From positions 6,031,219 to 6,065,611 of the forward strand of contig NC_069007.1 of assembly GCF_001194135.2 (NCBI RefSeq): 34,393 bases of DNA, read 5' to 3'. A model generated the notes under the pieces. The model was not told where the DNA came from, did not search any database, and was given only the letters and a program-made list of their open reading frames with translations. This DNA is from Octopus bimaculoides (Eukaryota). Shown piece after piece: positions 22,432 through 33,450 of the stretch (positions within the stretch are counted from its first letter, which is position 1; every line of letters begins with the position of its first letter). The translations under genes and the position numbers were made by a program.

Positions 22432-23404
22432 NNNNNNNNNNNNNNNNNNNNNNNNNNNNNNNNNNNNNNNNNNNNNNNNNNNNNNNNNNNNNNNNNNNNN
22501 NNNNNNNNNNNNNNNNNNNNNNNNNNNNNNNNNNNNNNNNNNNNNNNNNNNNNNNNNNNNNNNNNNNNNNNNNNNNNNNNNNNNNNNNNNNNNNNNNNNN
22601 NNNNNNNNNNNNNNNNNNNNNNNNNNNNNNNNNNNNNNNNNNNNNNNNNNNNNNNNNNNNNNNNNNNNNNNNNNNNNNNNNNNNNNNNNNNNNNNNNNNN
22701 NNNNNNNNNNNNNNNNNNNNNNNNNNNNNNNNNNNNNNNNNNNNNNNNNNNNNNNNNNNNNNNNNNNNNNNNNNNNNNNNNNNNNNNNNNNNNNNNNNNN
22801 NNNNNNNNNNNNNNNNNNNNNNNNNNNNNNNNNNNNNNNNNNNNNNNNNNNNNNNNNNNNNNNNNNNNNNNNNNNNNNNNNNNNNNNNNNNNNNNNNNNN
22901 NNNNNNNNNNNNNNNNNNNNNNNNNNNNNNNNNNNNNNNNNNNNNNNNNNNNNNNNNNNNNNNNNNNNNNNNNNNNNNNNNNNNNNNNNNNNNNNNNNNN
23001 NNNNNNNNNNNNNNNNNNNNNNNNNNNNNNNNNNNNNNNNNNNNNNNNNNNNNNNNNNNNNNNNNNNNNNNNNNNNNNNNNNNNNNNNNNNNNNNNNNNN
23101 NNNNNNNNNNNNNNNNNNNNNNNNNNNNNNNNNNNNNNNNNNNNNNNNNNNNNNNNNNNNNNNNNNNNNNNNNNNNNNNNNNNNNNNNNNNNNNNNNNNN
23201 NNNNNNNNNNNNNNNNNNNNNNNNNNNNNNNNNNNNNNNNNNNNNNNNNNNNNNNNNNNNNNNNNNNNNNNNNNNNNNNNNNNNNNNNNNNNNNNNNNNN
23301 NNNNNNNNNNNNNNNNNNNNNNNNNNNNNNNNNNNNNNNNNNNNNNNNNNNNNNNNNNNNNNNNNNNTAAATATATGTGTGTATATATATATATATATAC
23401 ATAC

Positions 23405-23552
23405 GCTAGGAAGGGCATCCAGCTGTAGAAACTCTGCCAAATCAAATTGGAGCCTGGTATAGCTATCTGGTTTCACCAGTCCTCAGTCAAATCGTCCAAC
23501 CCATGCTAGCATGGAAAGCGGACGTTAAACGATGACGACAATGATGATGATG
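23405..23552 (+). mobile_element. Repeat family F, 3' part
   Basis: Conserved body and tail. Confidence 0.82.
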
Positions 23553-24111
23553 ATATACACAGATATATATGTATTTGAATGTCTTGCAAACAACTCGCAC
23601 ACGCAAGTGCTACCAGTCGAGAACTCCGCATACCGAAGCCAGCAAGTGCATTGGATCGTTTCTATTTCACTGCCACTTTTCAATTTCTTGAATTTTGTTC
23701 CAATTGATTTGTAATTTGGTGTAGTTTTCTATGCTGATTATTGACATTAAATTTATCTTCACCATGGATCGATAAATAAACAGTTTATAGTGTTTAAAGT
23801 TTGCAAATTTTGGGTAATTTTAGCCAATTGAAAGCCACAGACATATAGGTGCCTGTTTCCATAGTAATAAGCCAAACATTGGAAAAGCAGTTACGAAAAA
23901 CTACATGTGTTTACAAATTGATATTCTATGTTGTTTTCCTGCTTGCATCCATATTTTTCTACTCTTAAAACTACAAAATGTGTTAATTTATGCTATTTTT
24001 CATATTAAATGCCTATTGAATGTACAAAACTACAAAATATGTGTTGTTAACCCATTTTATGGTTACTTTTCATTCATTAATAGCTTAAAACATGTGCTAT
24101 CATTGCAATGT

Positions 24112-24495
24112 GTGGAGGCGCAATGAACCGGTGGTTAGGGCAGCGGACTCACGGTCATAGGATCGCAGTTTCGATTCCCAGACCGGGCGTTGTGAGTGTT
24201 TATTGAGCGAAAACACTTAAAGCTCCACGAGGCTCCGACAGGGGATGGTGGCGAATCCTGCTATACTCTTCCACCACAACTTTCTCTCACTCTTACTTCC
24301 TGTTTCTGTTGTACCTGTAATTCAAAAGGGTCAGCCTTGTCACACTGTGTCACGCTGAATATCTCCGAGAACTATGTTAAGGGTACACGTGTCTGTGGAG
24401 TGCTCAGCCGCTTGCACATTAATTTCATGAACAGGCTGTTCTGTTGATCGGATCAACTGGAACCCTCGACATCATAAGCGACGGAGTGCCAACAA
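24112..24495 (+). mobile_element. SINE family E, full length, with TSD
   Basis: tRNA-like head (ccggtggttagggc..gtttcgattccc); TSD cat(t/c)gcaatgt at 24101-24111 and 24496-24506. Confidence 0.88.
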
Positions 24496-24681
24496 CATCG
24501 CAATGTTGACAATATTGTTGTGTCATCTTATGACTAAAGACATGCAGAAAATGATAGCTTCCAAATCCTGTTTTCTGACTAAATAAAATTTATCAAACTT
24601 TAAACCTCAGTGACATGAAAAAAAATTCTGCTGCAAGTGAATTAGGCCCTGAGATTTGACATGAAAATTTACATGAACACA

Positions 24682-24938
24682 CATCATCATCATCATCGTT
24701 TAATGTCCGCTTTCCATTCTAGCATGGGTTGGACGATTTGACTGAGGATGGTGAACCAGGTGGCTACACCAGGCTCCAATCTGATTTGGCAGAGTTTCTA
24801 CAGTTGGATGCCCTTCCTAATGCCAACCACTCCAAGAGTGTAGTGGGTGCTTTTACATGCCACCTGCACGAAGGCCAGTCAGGCGGTACTGGCAACGGCC
24901 ACACTCGAAATGGTGTCTTTTACGTGCCACCTGCACAG
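24682..24938 (-). mobile_element. Repeat family F
   Basis: Reverse complement of family F. Confidence 0.85.
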
Positions 24939-25018
24939 GAGCAAAATTTGAAAATTTTGAAATTTACAAAAAAAATTTACATGAGCACACAAAATTTAAA
25001 AATTTTGAAATTTCAAAA

Positions 25019-25378
25019 ATGGGTCACCGTGGTCCATATGAGTAAAAAGACAGGAGTCCCAAATTAACAACCTGTGACTCCTTTCTTTGAGGTTGGTCAA
25101 AGGAACAAATCTGCTATGCCAAACCAAAGACTTTGGAAGAACTTAAAGGGCAAATACAAGAAGTTGTCTTCCATCCCACAAGAGTTCTTGGTGAAATCAG
25201 TTGATGCAATTCCTGAGTGACTCAAGAAGCTGGTGGTCACATCTGGAACTGGTTTCAAATATTAAATAAAACCTCATACTATAAACGTTCCTCTCACATC
25301 CATTTTTTTTTTTTTTGTAAAAATTACAATTAATAAATAATTTAAGTATTTTAAAATAGAGAGTTTTCAATCACCGTG
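25019..25378 (+). pseudogene. 3' end of a Tc1/mariner-superfamily transposase with a decayed terminal repeat
   Basis: MGHRGPYE*KDRSPKLTTCDSFL*GWSKEQICYAKPKTLEELKGQI matches WPxRSPDLTPCDFFLWG..VY..P.TL.EL; ends ttttcaatcaccgtgtg. Confidence 0.7.
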
Positions 25379-25627
25379 TGTTTGCGTGTGTGTGTGTGTG
25401 TATACATTTATATATATACATATATATACATATGCATGTGTGTGTGTTTGTGAGTGTATACCTGAGTCAGTGTATGCGTGAGTGTGTGAATGTGTGAGTC
25501 TATGTGTGGGTTACCTGATTTGCAGTACATACATTTAACTCGTTTGAAACTGGACTTTGTGACTTGTACGCAAAAGTTATTTTATGACAGCACTTCAGTG
25601 AAGTATTATGCAATACAAAGAAGAAGA

Positions 25628-25658
<31 letters not shown>

Positions 25659-25994
25659 TATATNNNNNNNNNNNNNNNNNNNNNNNNNNNNNNNNNNNNN
25701 NNNNNNNNNNNNNNNNNNNNNNNNNNNNNNNNNNNNNNNNNNNNNNNNNNNNNNNNNNNNNNNNNNNNNNNNNNNNNNNNNNNNNNNNNNNNNNNNNNNN
25801 NNAAGGAAGAAGAATATATATACATATATATATATATATATTTATATAAGGAGAAAAAGAAGAAGAATATATGTACACATATATATATATATATTGCTCA
25901 ATCTAGAAAACAAAACCAACAAAGTCTCCTTTTATTTCTTCATGATGGTGTTATAGGAACACAAATCAATATTTCAGCTATATACATACATACA

Positions 25995-26031
<37 letters not shown>

Positions 26032-26631
26032 CTCCACTATTATATATTATATATCTGTATGTTATAGATTTCTTCACTATTGTTTTATGTATGATCTGTT
26101 GATGATAGTAATGAGATTCAGAGAATATTCCATTGGGAGTTTATAGATTGGAGAACCAGAATTTTAATGGTGCTGATGTATTTCAATCTAGGAATCTCCA
26201 ACAGCTTCAAAGCCAGAATACGATTTTCCAAGCATTATTTGTACCCAGTGCCATCAAAGATATCCGCAGATCAATATTAAAGCAAGTACGTAAGATAACT
26301 CAATTGCATTCTCATGAGATATTACATCATTTTTCTTTGATGGTTGTTTCGTCGCATGCTTGTACGGGGCATTTTATATTCATTGTGCGTCTTTTCTCAC
26401 TGCGTAACTATTTGCATTTAGATTTTTGATAATCCCAACGTTAAATGATATTAATGATATCACACTAACTTAGCTGTTGCTTTTCCATGCAGATGACGTG
26501 ACTGAGTAATAAAGAAGCCATTGGGAGAAGCTTAATGTCCCAGTCAATTCGAATTATGCAACATTTGGGGAAATATTAATCACTGAGAATAATATACTTT
26601 ACACATAATTAATTTTATATTGGCGCCGCAC

Positions 26632-26985
26632 ACAGATGTATGGTAAGAAGCTTGCTCCCGACAACATGGTTCCTGGTTTAGTCCCACTGTGTGGCACCCT
26701 TGGGCAAATGTCTTCTGCTATAGCATCAGGATGACCAAAGCCTTCAGAGTGGATTTGATAGACAGAAACTGAAAGAAGCCCATATATGAGTGTGTGTGTG
26801 TCACTGAATCTGTGTTTGTCCCCCACCACTGCTTGAAAACTGGTGTTGGTGTGTTTACATCCCCATAATATAACAGTTCAGCAAAAGTGATTGACTGAAT
26901 ATGTCCCAGGCTTTACAAAAAATAATAAGTACTGGCATCGATTCATGGCCGCAGTCTAATGACGAAAACAAGGGTCAAAGGTCAA
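26632..26985 (+). mobile_element. SINE family A, diverged copy
   Basis: Collinear with the other family A copies. Confidence 0.78.
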
Positions 26986-27025
26986 AAATATGTATTTAGT
27001 CCTTCATTCTGTTAATTTTATTGTT

Positions 27026-27250
27026 ATTTTGTTGTGTCGAAATTTTTGCAATATTTTGGTAAATTATTTCTTTTATTCATCGAATTGCATGAAAATCAGC
27101 CTGGCATCCAGAGTAGAGGTCATCCGGCTGCACCATCTGAAACCACTTTTCTGCCAGTTCTTTGATCCCATGCTGATACCAGTTCTTGTGTTTTGCGGTC
27201 AAGAACTCCTTTACTGAAGTCTCCACTTCCTCTTGGTCGACGATGTGTTA
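27026..27250 (-). pseudogene. Mariner transposase 3' end plus TIR relic
   Basis: DQEEVETSVKEFLTAKHKNWYQHGIKELAEKWFQMVQPDDLY resembles the mariner C-terminus (FF..K...Y..GI..L..RW). Confidence 0.7.
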
Positions 27251-27489
27251 TGAGTACAGGAAGTGAGCTCCTATTTGACTGCTAGGCTTCTCTTGCTATA
27301 AACTTGATGAATAAAACTAATAAGTTTCTAAAATATTACAAAACTTTTGACTGAACACAAGATAAAATATATTCAGTTTGCCAAAAAGTTAATTTAGATT
27401 TTCTTTTAGCAAAAATAAGATACAATTTTTGAACACAAAGCAATTTAGTCATTGGTATAATTACCATTTCATTCCAGTATCTTCTACCA

Positions 27490-27871
27490 TTTGGTGAGCA
27501 GATCTGTTATTCTAAAATCGGAATAGCACCTGTGCCCAGAGTCGCCTTTCTGGCACTTGTACCCGTGACATGTGTAAGGATTTTCGAGTGAGATCGTTGC
27601 CAGTGCCCCTGGACTGGCTCTTGTGCAGGTGGCACATAGAATACACCATTTTGAGTGTGGCCATTGCCAGTACCCCCTGATTGGCCTTCGTGCTGGTGGC
27701 ACATAAAAGCACCCACTACACTCTCTGAGTGGTTGGCGTTAGGAAGGGCATCCAGCTGTAGAAACTCTGCCAAATCAGATTGGAGCCTGGTGTAGCCATC
27801 TGGTTTCACCAGTCCTCAGTCAAATCGTCCAACCCATGCTAGCATGGAAAGCGGATGTTAAACGATGATGA
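27490..27871 (+). mobile_element. Repeat family F, longest copy, with an internal approximately 66-bp subrepeat
   Basis: ttgccagt(g/a)cccc..ggtggcacata occurs twice; abuts the mariner fragment at 27872. Confidence 0.85.
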
Positions 27872-28450
27872 AAGAATTTCCTGTTTTTATTAGCAAAAAA
27901 CTCATCCAAGTGAATTTTTACATCCTCTTCAAAGTTGAAAGTCTGTTCATTCAAAGAATTTTGAAGAGACTGAAACAGGTGGACATCTGAAGGTGTAAAG
28001 TCAGCCAAATATGGAGGGTACAGCATTCCAGCCATAACTTCTGACTTATCTGCCAAAAGTGTGTGGTATGACATTGTCATCATGAGAGAAAATACCTTTA
28101 CAATTGGCAAGTGCTGACCCCTTCTGGAGAAGCACTGCATTTAATTTGTCCGCTAATCACAGTACATATCCGAATTGAGGGTGCTGTCCATGGAAAGAAA
28201 CTCACAAAAGACAACACCCAACTGATCCCACCAAATTAAAAGCATAACCCTCTTTGGCTAAAGACCTGCTTTGGAAGTTGCTTGGGATTGTTTACCACAC
28301 TTCCCCAATAATAGGTTGTGCTTCACATTGTTATAGACAATCCATTTTTCATCTATGTTACCATTTTCTTCAAGAAACATCATTTTCTTCATGTTCCTAC
28401 AACAAATCTCAGAAGGACACGTAAAGGTAAAGTTACTTTCTTCAGTTATA
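27872..28450 (-). pseudogene. Mariner DD34D catalytic-domain remnant
   Basis: IDEKWIVYNNVK..KAGL*PKRVMLLIWWD..LNSDMYC..SHDDNVIPH..YPPYLADFTPSDVHLFQSLQNSL; multiple stops and frameshifts. Confidence 0.88.
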
Positions 28451-28620
28451 CTGATTCGTGAGGGCCACTCTCCCAATTTTGTATATTCTTCTACCTGGAT
28501 GGGATACTGGTCCATCGCAGGATTATTCATTTATGCCAGCCGAATGGAGTGGTGCAACGAGAAATTAAGTGTTTTGCTCAAGAACACAACATGTAGCCCG
28601 GTCCAGGAATCAAATCCACA

Positions 28621-28778
28621 GGAGTGGTTGAGTGGTAAGTAGCTTGCTTACCAACCACATGGTTCTAAAAATAAGCTCTGGGGGGTCGATTTGATTTAAG
28701 ACCCTCCAGGGTGATGTCCCAGCATGGCCACAGTCAAACTACTGAAACAAGTAAAAGACAAAAGAAACGATAAAAGAG
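28621..28778 (+). mobile_element. SINE family A, internally deleted (head fused to tail)
   Basis: gtggtaagtagcttgcttaccaaccacatggttc is joined directly to aataag..ggggtcgattt..cagcatggccacagtcaa. Confidence 0.7.
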
Positions 28779-28826
<48 letters not shown>

Positions 28827-29423
28827 CAAGGTTTCAATTCCTGGACCAGGTGGTGCATTTGCGTTCTTGACCAAAACTCTTAATCTCATGTGGCTGTATG
28901 GTCACTTGGTTACTTCAACACCTGATGCATGATACACCATGCATCTCTTCGGGCAACATCAATCTAATGGAGGTGGGAAGTGCTAATGTGCTGCACAAAC
29001 ATTTGATCACTATAAACAAATTATTTATACAGCTTGTTATATTTCGGGATGATCATTTCTAACTAATTTCTTGTGAAATAAACACACCCATTATATATTC
29101 ATTCTTCACTCATTTATTATTGTTCTTATTTTATCTGATGTCAATTGTCTGGAAATCTTTCATTACACATCTGTGACCTCTTCAGTGACCCTTTCCATAA
29201 ACACGCCTCCTCCTATTCCGTTTAGTTCATTCTGTCTTTTTATATTGTAGATCCTTATCTGCCAAAAGTGTTTGTGTCTATATATATGTGTGTGTGTGTG
29301 CATGTATGTGTATTTTGTGTGTGTGTACAACTTGTTTAACTAGAAATTGCCAAACTATCTTCATCAGTCTACGAGAAGCTACCAGTATGAATGTTTGTGT
29401 AATAATATAACCAATGTGAACAT

Positions 29424-29761
29424 GCATGGTTCAGTAGTTAGAGCATTGAGCTCACAGTCGTGAGGTAGTGAGTTCGATTCCCAGACTCGGTTACCTCTTG
29501 TGTTCTTGAGCGATACACTTTATTTCACGTTGCTCCAGTTCACTCAGCTGTAGAAATGAGTTGCGACATCACTGGTGCCAAGCTGTAATGGTCATTGCCT
29601 TTCTCTTGGATAACATTGGTGGTGTGGCGAGGAGAGGCTGGTATGCATGGGCGACCGCTGGTCTTCCATAAACAACATTGCCTGGAATTGTACCTCAGAG
29701 GGGAAATTTCTAGGTGCAATCCCTTGGTCATTCATGACTAAAGGGGGTCTTTACCCTTTAT
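29424..29761 (+). mobile_element. tRNA-headed SINE family C
   Basis: tggttcagtagttagagc (A box), gagttcgattccc (B box), CORE-like gtgttcttgagc..; single copy in the window. Confidence 0.6.
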
Positions 29762-29812
29762 GCTTTTATAACGAATGATGATGCAGTCCCTAAATTTCAG
29801 ACCTGGTCACAC

Positions 29813-30221
29813 TCTCTTTTTACTCTTTTACTTGTTTCAGTCATTTGACTGTGGCCATGCTGGAGCACCGTCTTTAGTCGAGCAAATCGACCCCGGGACT
29901 TATTCTTTGTAAGCCTAGTACTTATTCTATCGATCTGTTTTGCCGAACTGCTAAGTCACAGGGACATAAACACACCAGCATCAGTTATCAAGCAATGCTA
30001 GGGGGACAAACACAGACACACAATCACACATATATATATATATATATATACATACATACGACGGGCTTCTTTCAGTTTCCGTCTACCAAATCCACACACA
30101 AAGCTTTGGTCAGCCCGAAGCTATAGTAGAAGACACTTGCCCAAGGTGCCATGCAGTGGGACTGAACCCAGAACCATGTGGTTGGTAAGCAAGCTACTTA
30201 CCACACAGCCACTCCTGTGCC
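29813..30221 (-). mobile_element. SINE family A, full length
   Basis: Reverse complement is collinear with 15646-16070. Confidence 0.88.
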
Positions 30222-30534
30222 TGGTTCTGTATTAATTAAAAAGAAAAATCAACAATTTTCCATTATTTCAGAACAAACTCATTTGCAATGTGGTCTCTGC
30301 GTTTCAACAAAGATATCAGAAAAAAGTAAATAACAGCATAATGGAAAGTTCCAGAATTTTACTGTCTACGAGTTGGAAGAACTGCAGTTTATCTGGAGCT
30401 GATCTTAACTATTAAACAGCTTTTCGCAGAGAATAGTCTTTCATTCAAAAGTCTATTGAGACTACAACTATCGACATCATTATTGTGTTATTGGCTTAGT
30501 GGTTAGCATGCTGGACTCATGATCATAAGATCTC

Positions 30535-30611
30535 TGTGTGTGTGTATGTGTGTGCGTGTGCATGTGTATATATATATATATATATATATGTATACATATG
30601 TGTATGTATAC

Positions 30612-30649
<38 letters not shown>

Positions 30650-30651
30650 AC

Positions 30652-30684
<33 letters not shown>

Positions 30685-30812
30685 AGAATATGAGTATAAA
30701 TATATATGTATATATATGCATGTATAAGTATATGTATTTATAGATATATTAAATTTATATGTATATATAAGTATATGCATCTATAGATATTTATATATAC
30801 ATGTGTGTGTGT

Positions 30813-30851
<39 letters not shown>

Positions 30852-31104
30852 TGTATAAGTATATGCATTTATAAATATTGAAATATATATGTATATATAA
30901 GTATATGTATCTATATATATTTATATATATATATATGTATATATCCATGTGTGTGTGTGTTTATATATATATATATATATGTATGTACATATATATGTGT
31001 ATGTGTACATATGTGTATGTATTAATATATACATATATACGCATATATACGTACATATATATATATATATATATATAAATATGCATGCACGTATATATAA
31101 ATAT

Positions 31105-31170
<66 letters not shown>

Positions 31171-31215
31171 GTATATATAAGCATACATGCACCCATATAT
31201 GTATAATATAAACAA
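30535..31215. repeat. Compound (TA)/(TG) microsatellite with a higher-order 131-bp duplication
   Basis: gcatgtataagtatatg.. units start at 30718 and 30849. Confidence 0.8.
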
Positions 31216-31475
31216 CTGTATGATATAAACAACTGCATGTTTAACAATGTTGAATATGTTTGCATTATATTTATTTTAACCAATATTGACTTAACAGAAA
31301 CGATAAAATATTGTAAACTTTAACATTTTGCGAGGATTCTAATTAGCAATAAATTCCATATTTGCCTTCAATAAAGAAGGACAAGAAGAACCATTTACCA
31401 AAATGAAAGAGATATTCTACCATTATGTTGAGTTTGAAGGAACTGTGTTCGATGCTGGTGCCACATAAGAAGCTC

Positions 31476-31697
31476 TGATGATGATGATGCCATGTAAAAG
31501 GCACTGGTGATAGTGTCACATAAAATAGCATGAAGTACATTTTGTGGACTGGTTGGGGCTGGGAAGGACATCCAACCATAGAACCCAAGCCGAAACAGAC
31601 CATGGGACCTGCTGTGGCCAGTTCCTGTCAAGCTGTCTAACCCATGCCAGCATGGAAAATGGACGTTAGATGTTGATGATGATGATGATGATGATAT
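31476..31697 (+). mobile_element. Repeat family F, degenerate
   Basis: gggaaggacatcca..aacccatgccagcatggaaaatggacgttaga..(GAT)n. Confidence 0.65.
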
Positions 31698-31821
31698 CAG
31701 CTGATAGAAGAAAGTTGTGCCTACTCTTGCAGTACTTTCTGTACAACTTTCATGTGTGCATACATACACTTGTATGCATATATACACACATTTTTTTTCT
31801 CCTTGTTTTTCTCCTTATTCT

Positions 31822-31942
31822 CTCTGTTGAAGAGCGTAGCTTGAAACGTTAAAGACTTTCTCTATTCCCGAGCGTTAAACTAATACATCCTTTTGTTGTT
31901 TACACCACCTGTCCTCGTCTGTTGTTGTTTTTTTTCGTAAAT

Positions 31943-31945
<3 letters not shown>
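31822..31945 (+). repeat. Penelope-associated repeat with a degenerate hammerhead-like core
   Basis: CTGTTGA-A-GAGC-gta-GCTT-GAAAC at 31824-31847; the rest matches 1672-1812 inverted. Confidence 0.5.
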
Positions 31946-32008
<63 letters not shown>

Positions 32009-32009
32009 A

Positions 32010-32690
32010 TATATAAAATTTATTAATGAGGGTAGAAATTGATATTAATCAATTAAAACCAGTGGTCTAGCATATTAGAAAAATCCGAAGATTAAAATTA
32101 TATTACATACAAAAATAAGAGGAATGACCAGCAAATGTGGACTCCTATATGCTAGAAATAGATGCCGAATCATCTAACCACGAAAAAAATATGTTCTCAG
32201 TAAAAAATTTAGTGACACAACAGACTGTAAAAGGGCAAGACAAATGAAAAAATACTAAATTAAAAAACGATTAACCTACATACCATGGTTTCACCTGTTA
32301 AAATTTACATAAGTAAATACCTGCAGGCTCGTCAGCGTAGTCTGTTAATTTGAGATATAATTCCCAGAACTAGACACAAGACGTCCATCCGTAAGGGAGC
32401 ACGTGTTGAGTTCTACAAATTACATTCAGTGTATCCTTTCAAATATCCTCAATCTGGCACACTAAGTCCGGAAATAGTTCTGCAGTTAATAAATTTTTGC
32501 AGCTAATTTACCGGTTTGAGAACATCATTATATAAAATTTATTAATGAGGGTAGAAATTGATATTAATCAATTAAAACCAGTGGTCTTGGTCATTCCTCT
32601 TATTTTTGTATGTAATATAATTTTAATCTTCGGATTTTTTTAATATGCTAGACCACTGGTTTTAAATTGATTAATATCAATTTCTACCCT
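32010..32690 (-). mobile_element. Non-coding hammerhead-bearing retroelement (Penelope-derived / retrozyme-like)
   Basis: Perfect 59-bp direct repeat 32010-32068 = 32529-32587 (period 519); 32588-32690 is an inverted copy of 32029-32130 with 2 differences; internal hammerhead; minus-strand AATAAA at 32019-32024; no ORF. Confidence 0.68.
32271..32348 (-). ncRNA. Type I hammerhead ribozyme, all core nucleotides present, GUA cleavage site
   Basis: Minus strand: UUAAC-aga-CUACG / CUGACGA / GCCUG..AUUUAC-uuau-GUAAAU..CAGGU / GAAA / C-CAUG-G / UA / UGUAG-GUUAA. Stems I, II and III all pair. Confidence 0.82.
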
Positions 32691-32691
32691 T

Positions 32692-32880
32692 GAAGGATTT
32701 TAGTTAAATGAATCAACCCCAATAGCATTTTACCTTTTTAAATGTCTGGTACTTATTTAATCAGAATCTTTTGCTGAAACACTATGTTATGGGGATGTCA
32801 ACACACCAACACAATTTGTCAAGCAATGACGGGGAACAAAAACAGACACAAAGACACACACACAGATATACATATAGACA
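32692..32880 (-). mobile_element. SINE family A, degenerate 3' half
   Basis: Matches 29870-30030. Confidence 0.6.
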
Positions 32881-33016
32881 TAAATATATAGAAATAATTA
32901 AGATTCAGTTGAATAAGGTAGCTAAGTTGAGGTACCAAGACACTCCATTATTATCCACACAGCTTGAAGTAAGGTGAATAAAAAGCAAATAAGTAACAAA
33001 GATGTCACGATATTAA

Positions 33017-33103
33017 TGCAATGTGGCCGTTTCTGGAGACTCTATTTGATCGATCAATGCAAGCTTTACATCAATTTGAAATACAACGCCATCTTCAGTT
33101 GCA
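33017..33103 (-). ncRNA. Decayed type I hammerhead relic (cleavage triplet mutated)
   Basis: Minus strand: UGCAA / CUGAAGA / UGGcG..CuCCA / GAAA / C-GGCC-A / CA / UUGCA; spacing is identical to the intact ribozyme. Confidence 0.5.
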
Positions 33104-33334
33104 AAAATACGGATTTTCAACAGACAGGATATTCTATAATAATTTGTAGCAGATATTTCATCAGAGCTAGAGAATGAAAGAATTCCATGCTGCTACTATT
33201 GTAGCAGAATGAACTTAGAAAGAAAACAACCACAATTTTGGAGTGGCCGAAGTGGATCACAGTGGGGGTCATGAGATGGTAATTTAGCTACAATTTTTAT
33301 CTATCTCCTTATCTTCATCCAAATATATATATAT

Positions 33335-33450
33335 GATGGGCTCTTTCAGTTTCTGTCAATTAATTTCATTCACAAGGCTTTGGTCAGCTCCAGGCTATTG
33401 TAGAAGGCACTTGCCCAAGGTACCAAGCAGTGGGACTGAACCTGGAATCA
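33335..33450 (-). mobile_element. SINE family A, 5' fragment
   Basis: cttgcccaaggtaccaagcagtgggactgaacc matches the family A head. Confidence 0.7.

Noticed and set aside
24112-24190. tRNA-like sequences as true tRNA genes (also about 4320, 5045, 9650 and 29430)
   Set aside because: Most are fused to SINE bodies, and none showed a complete cloverleaf with acceptor stem on inspection.
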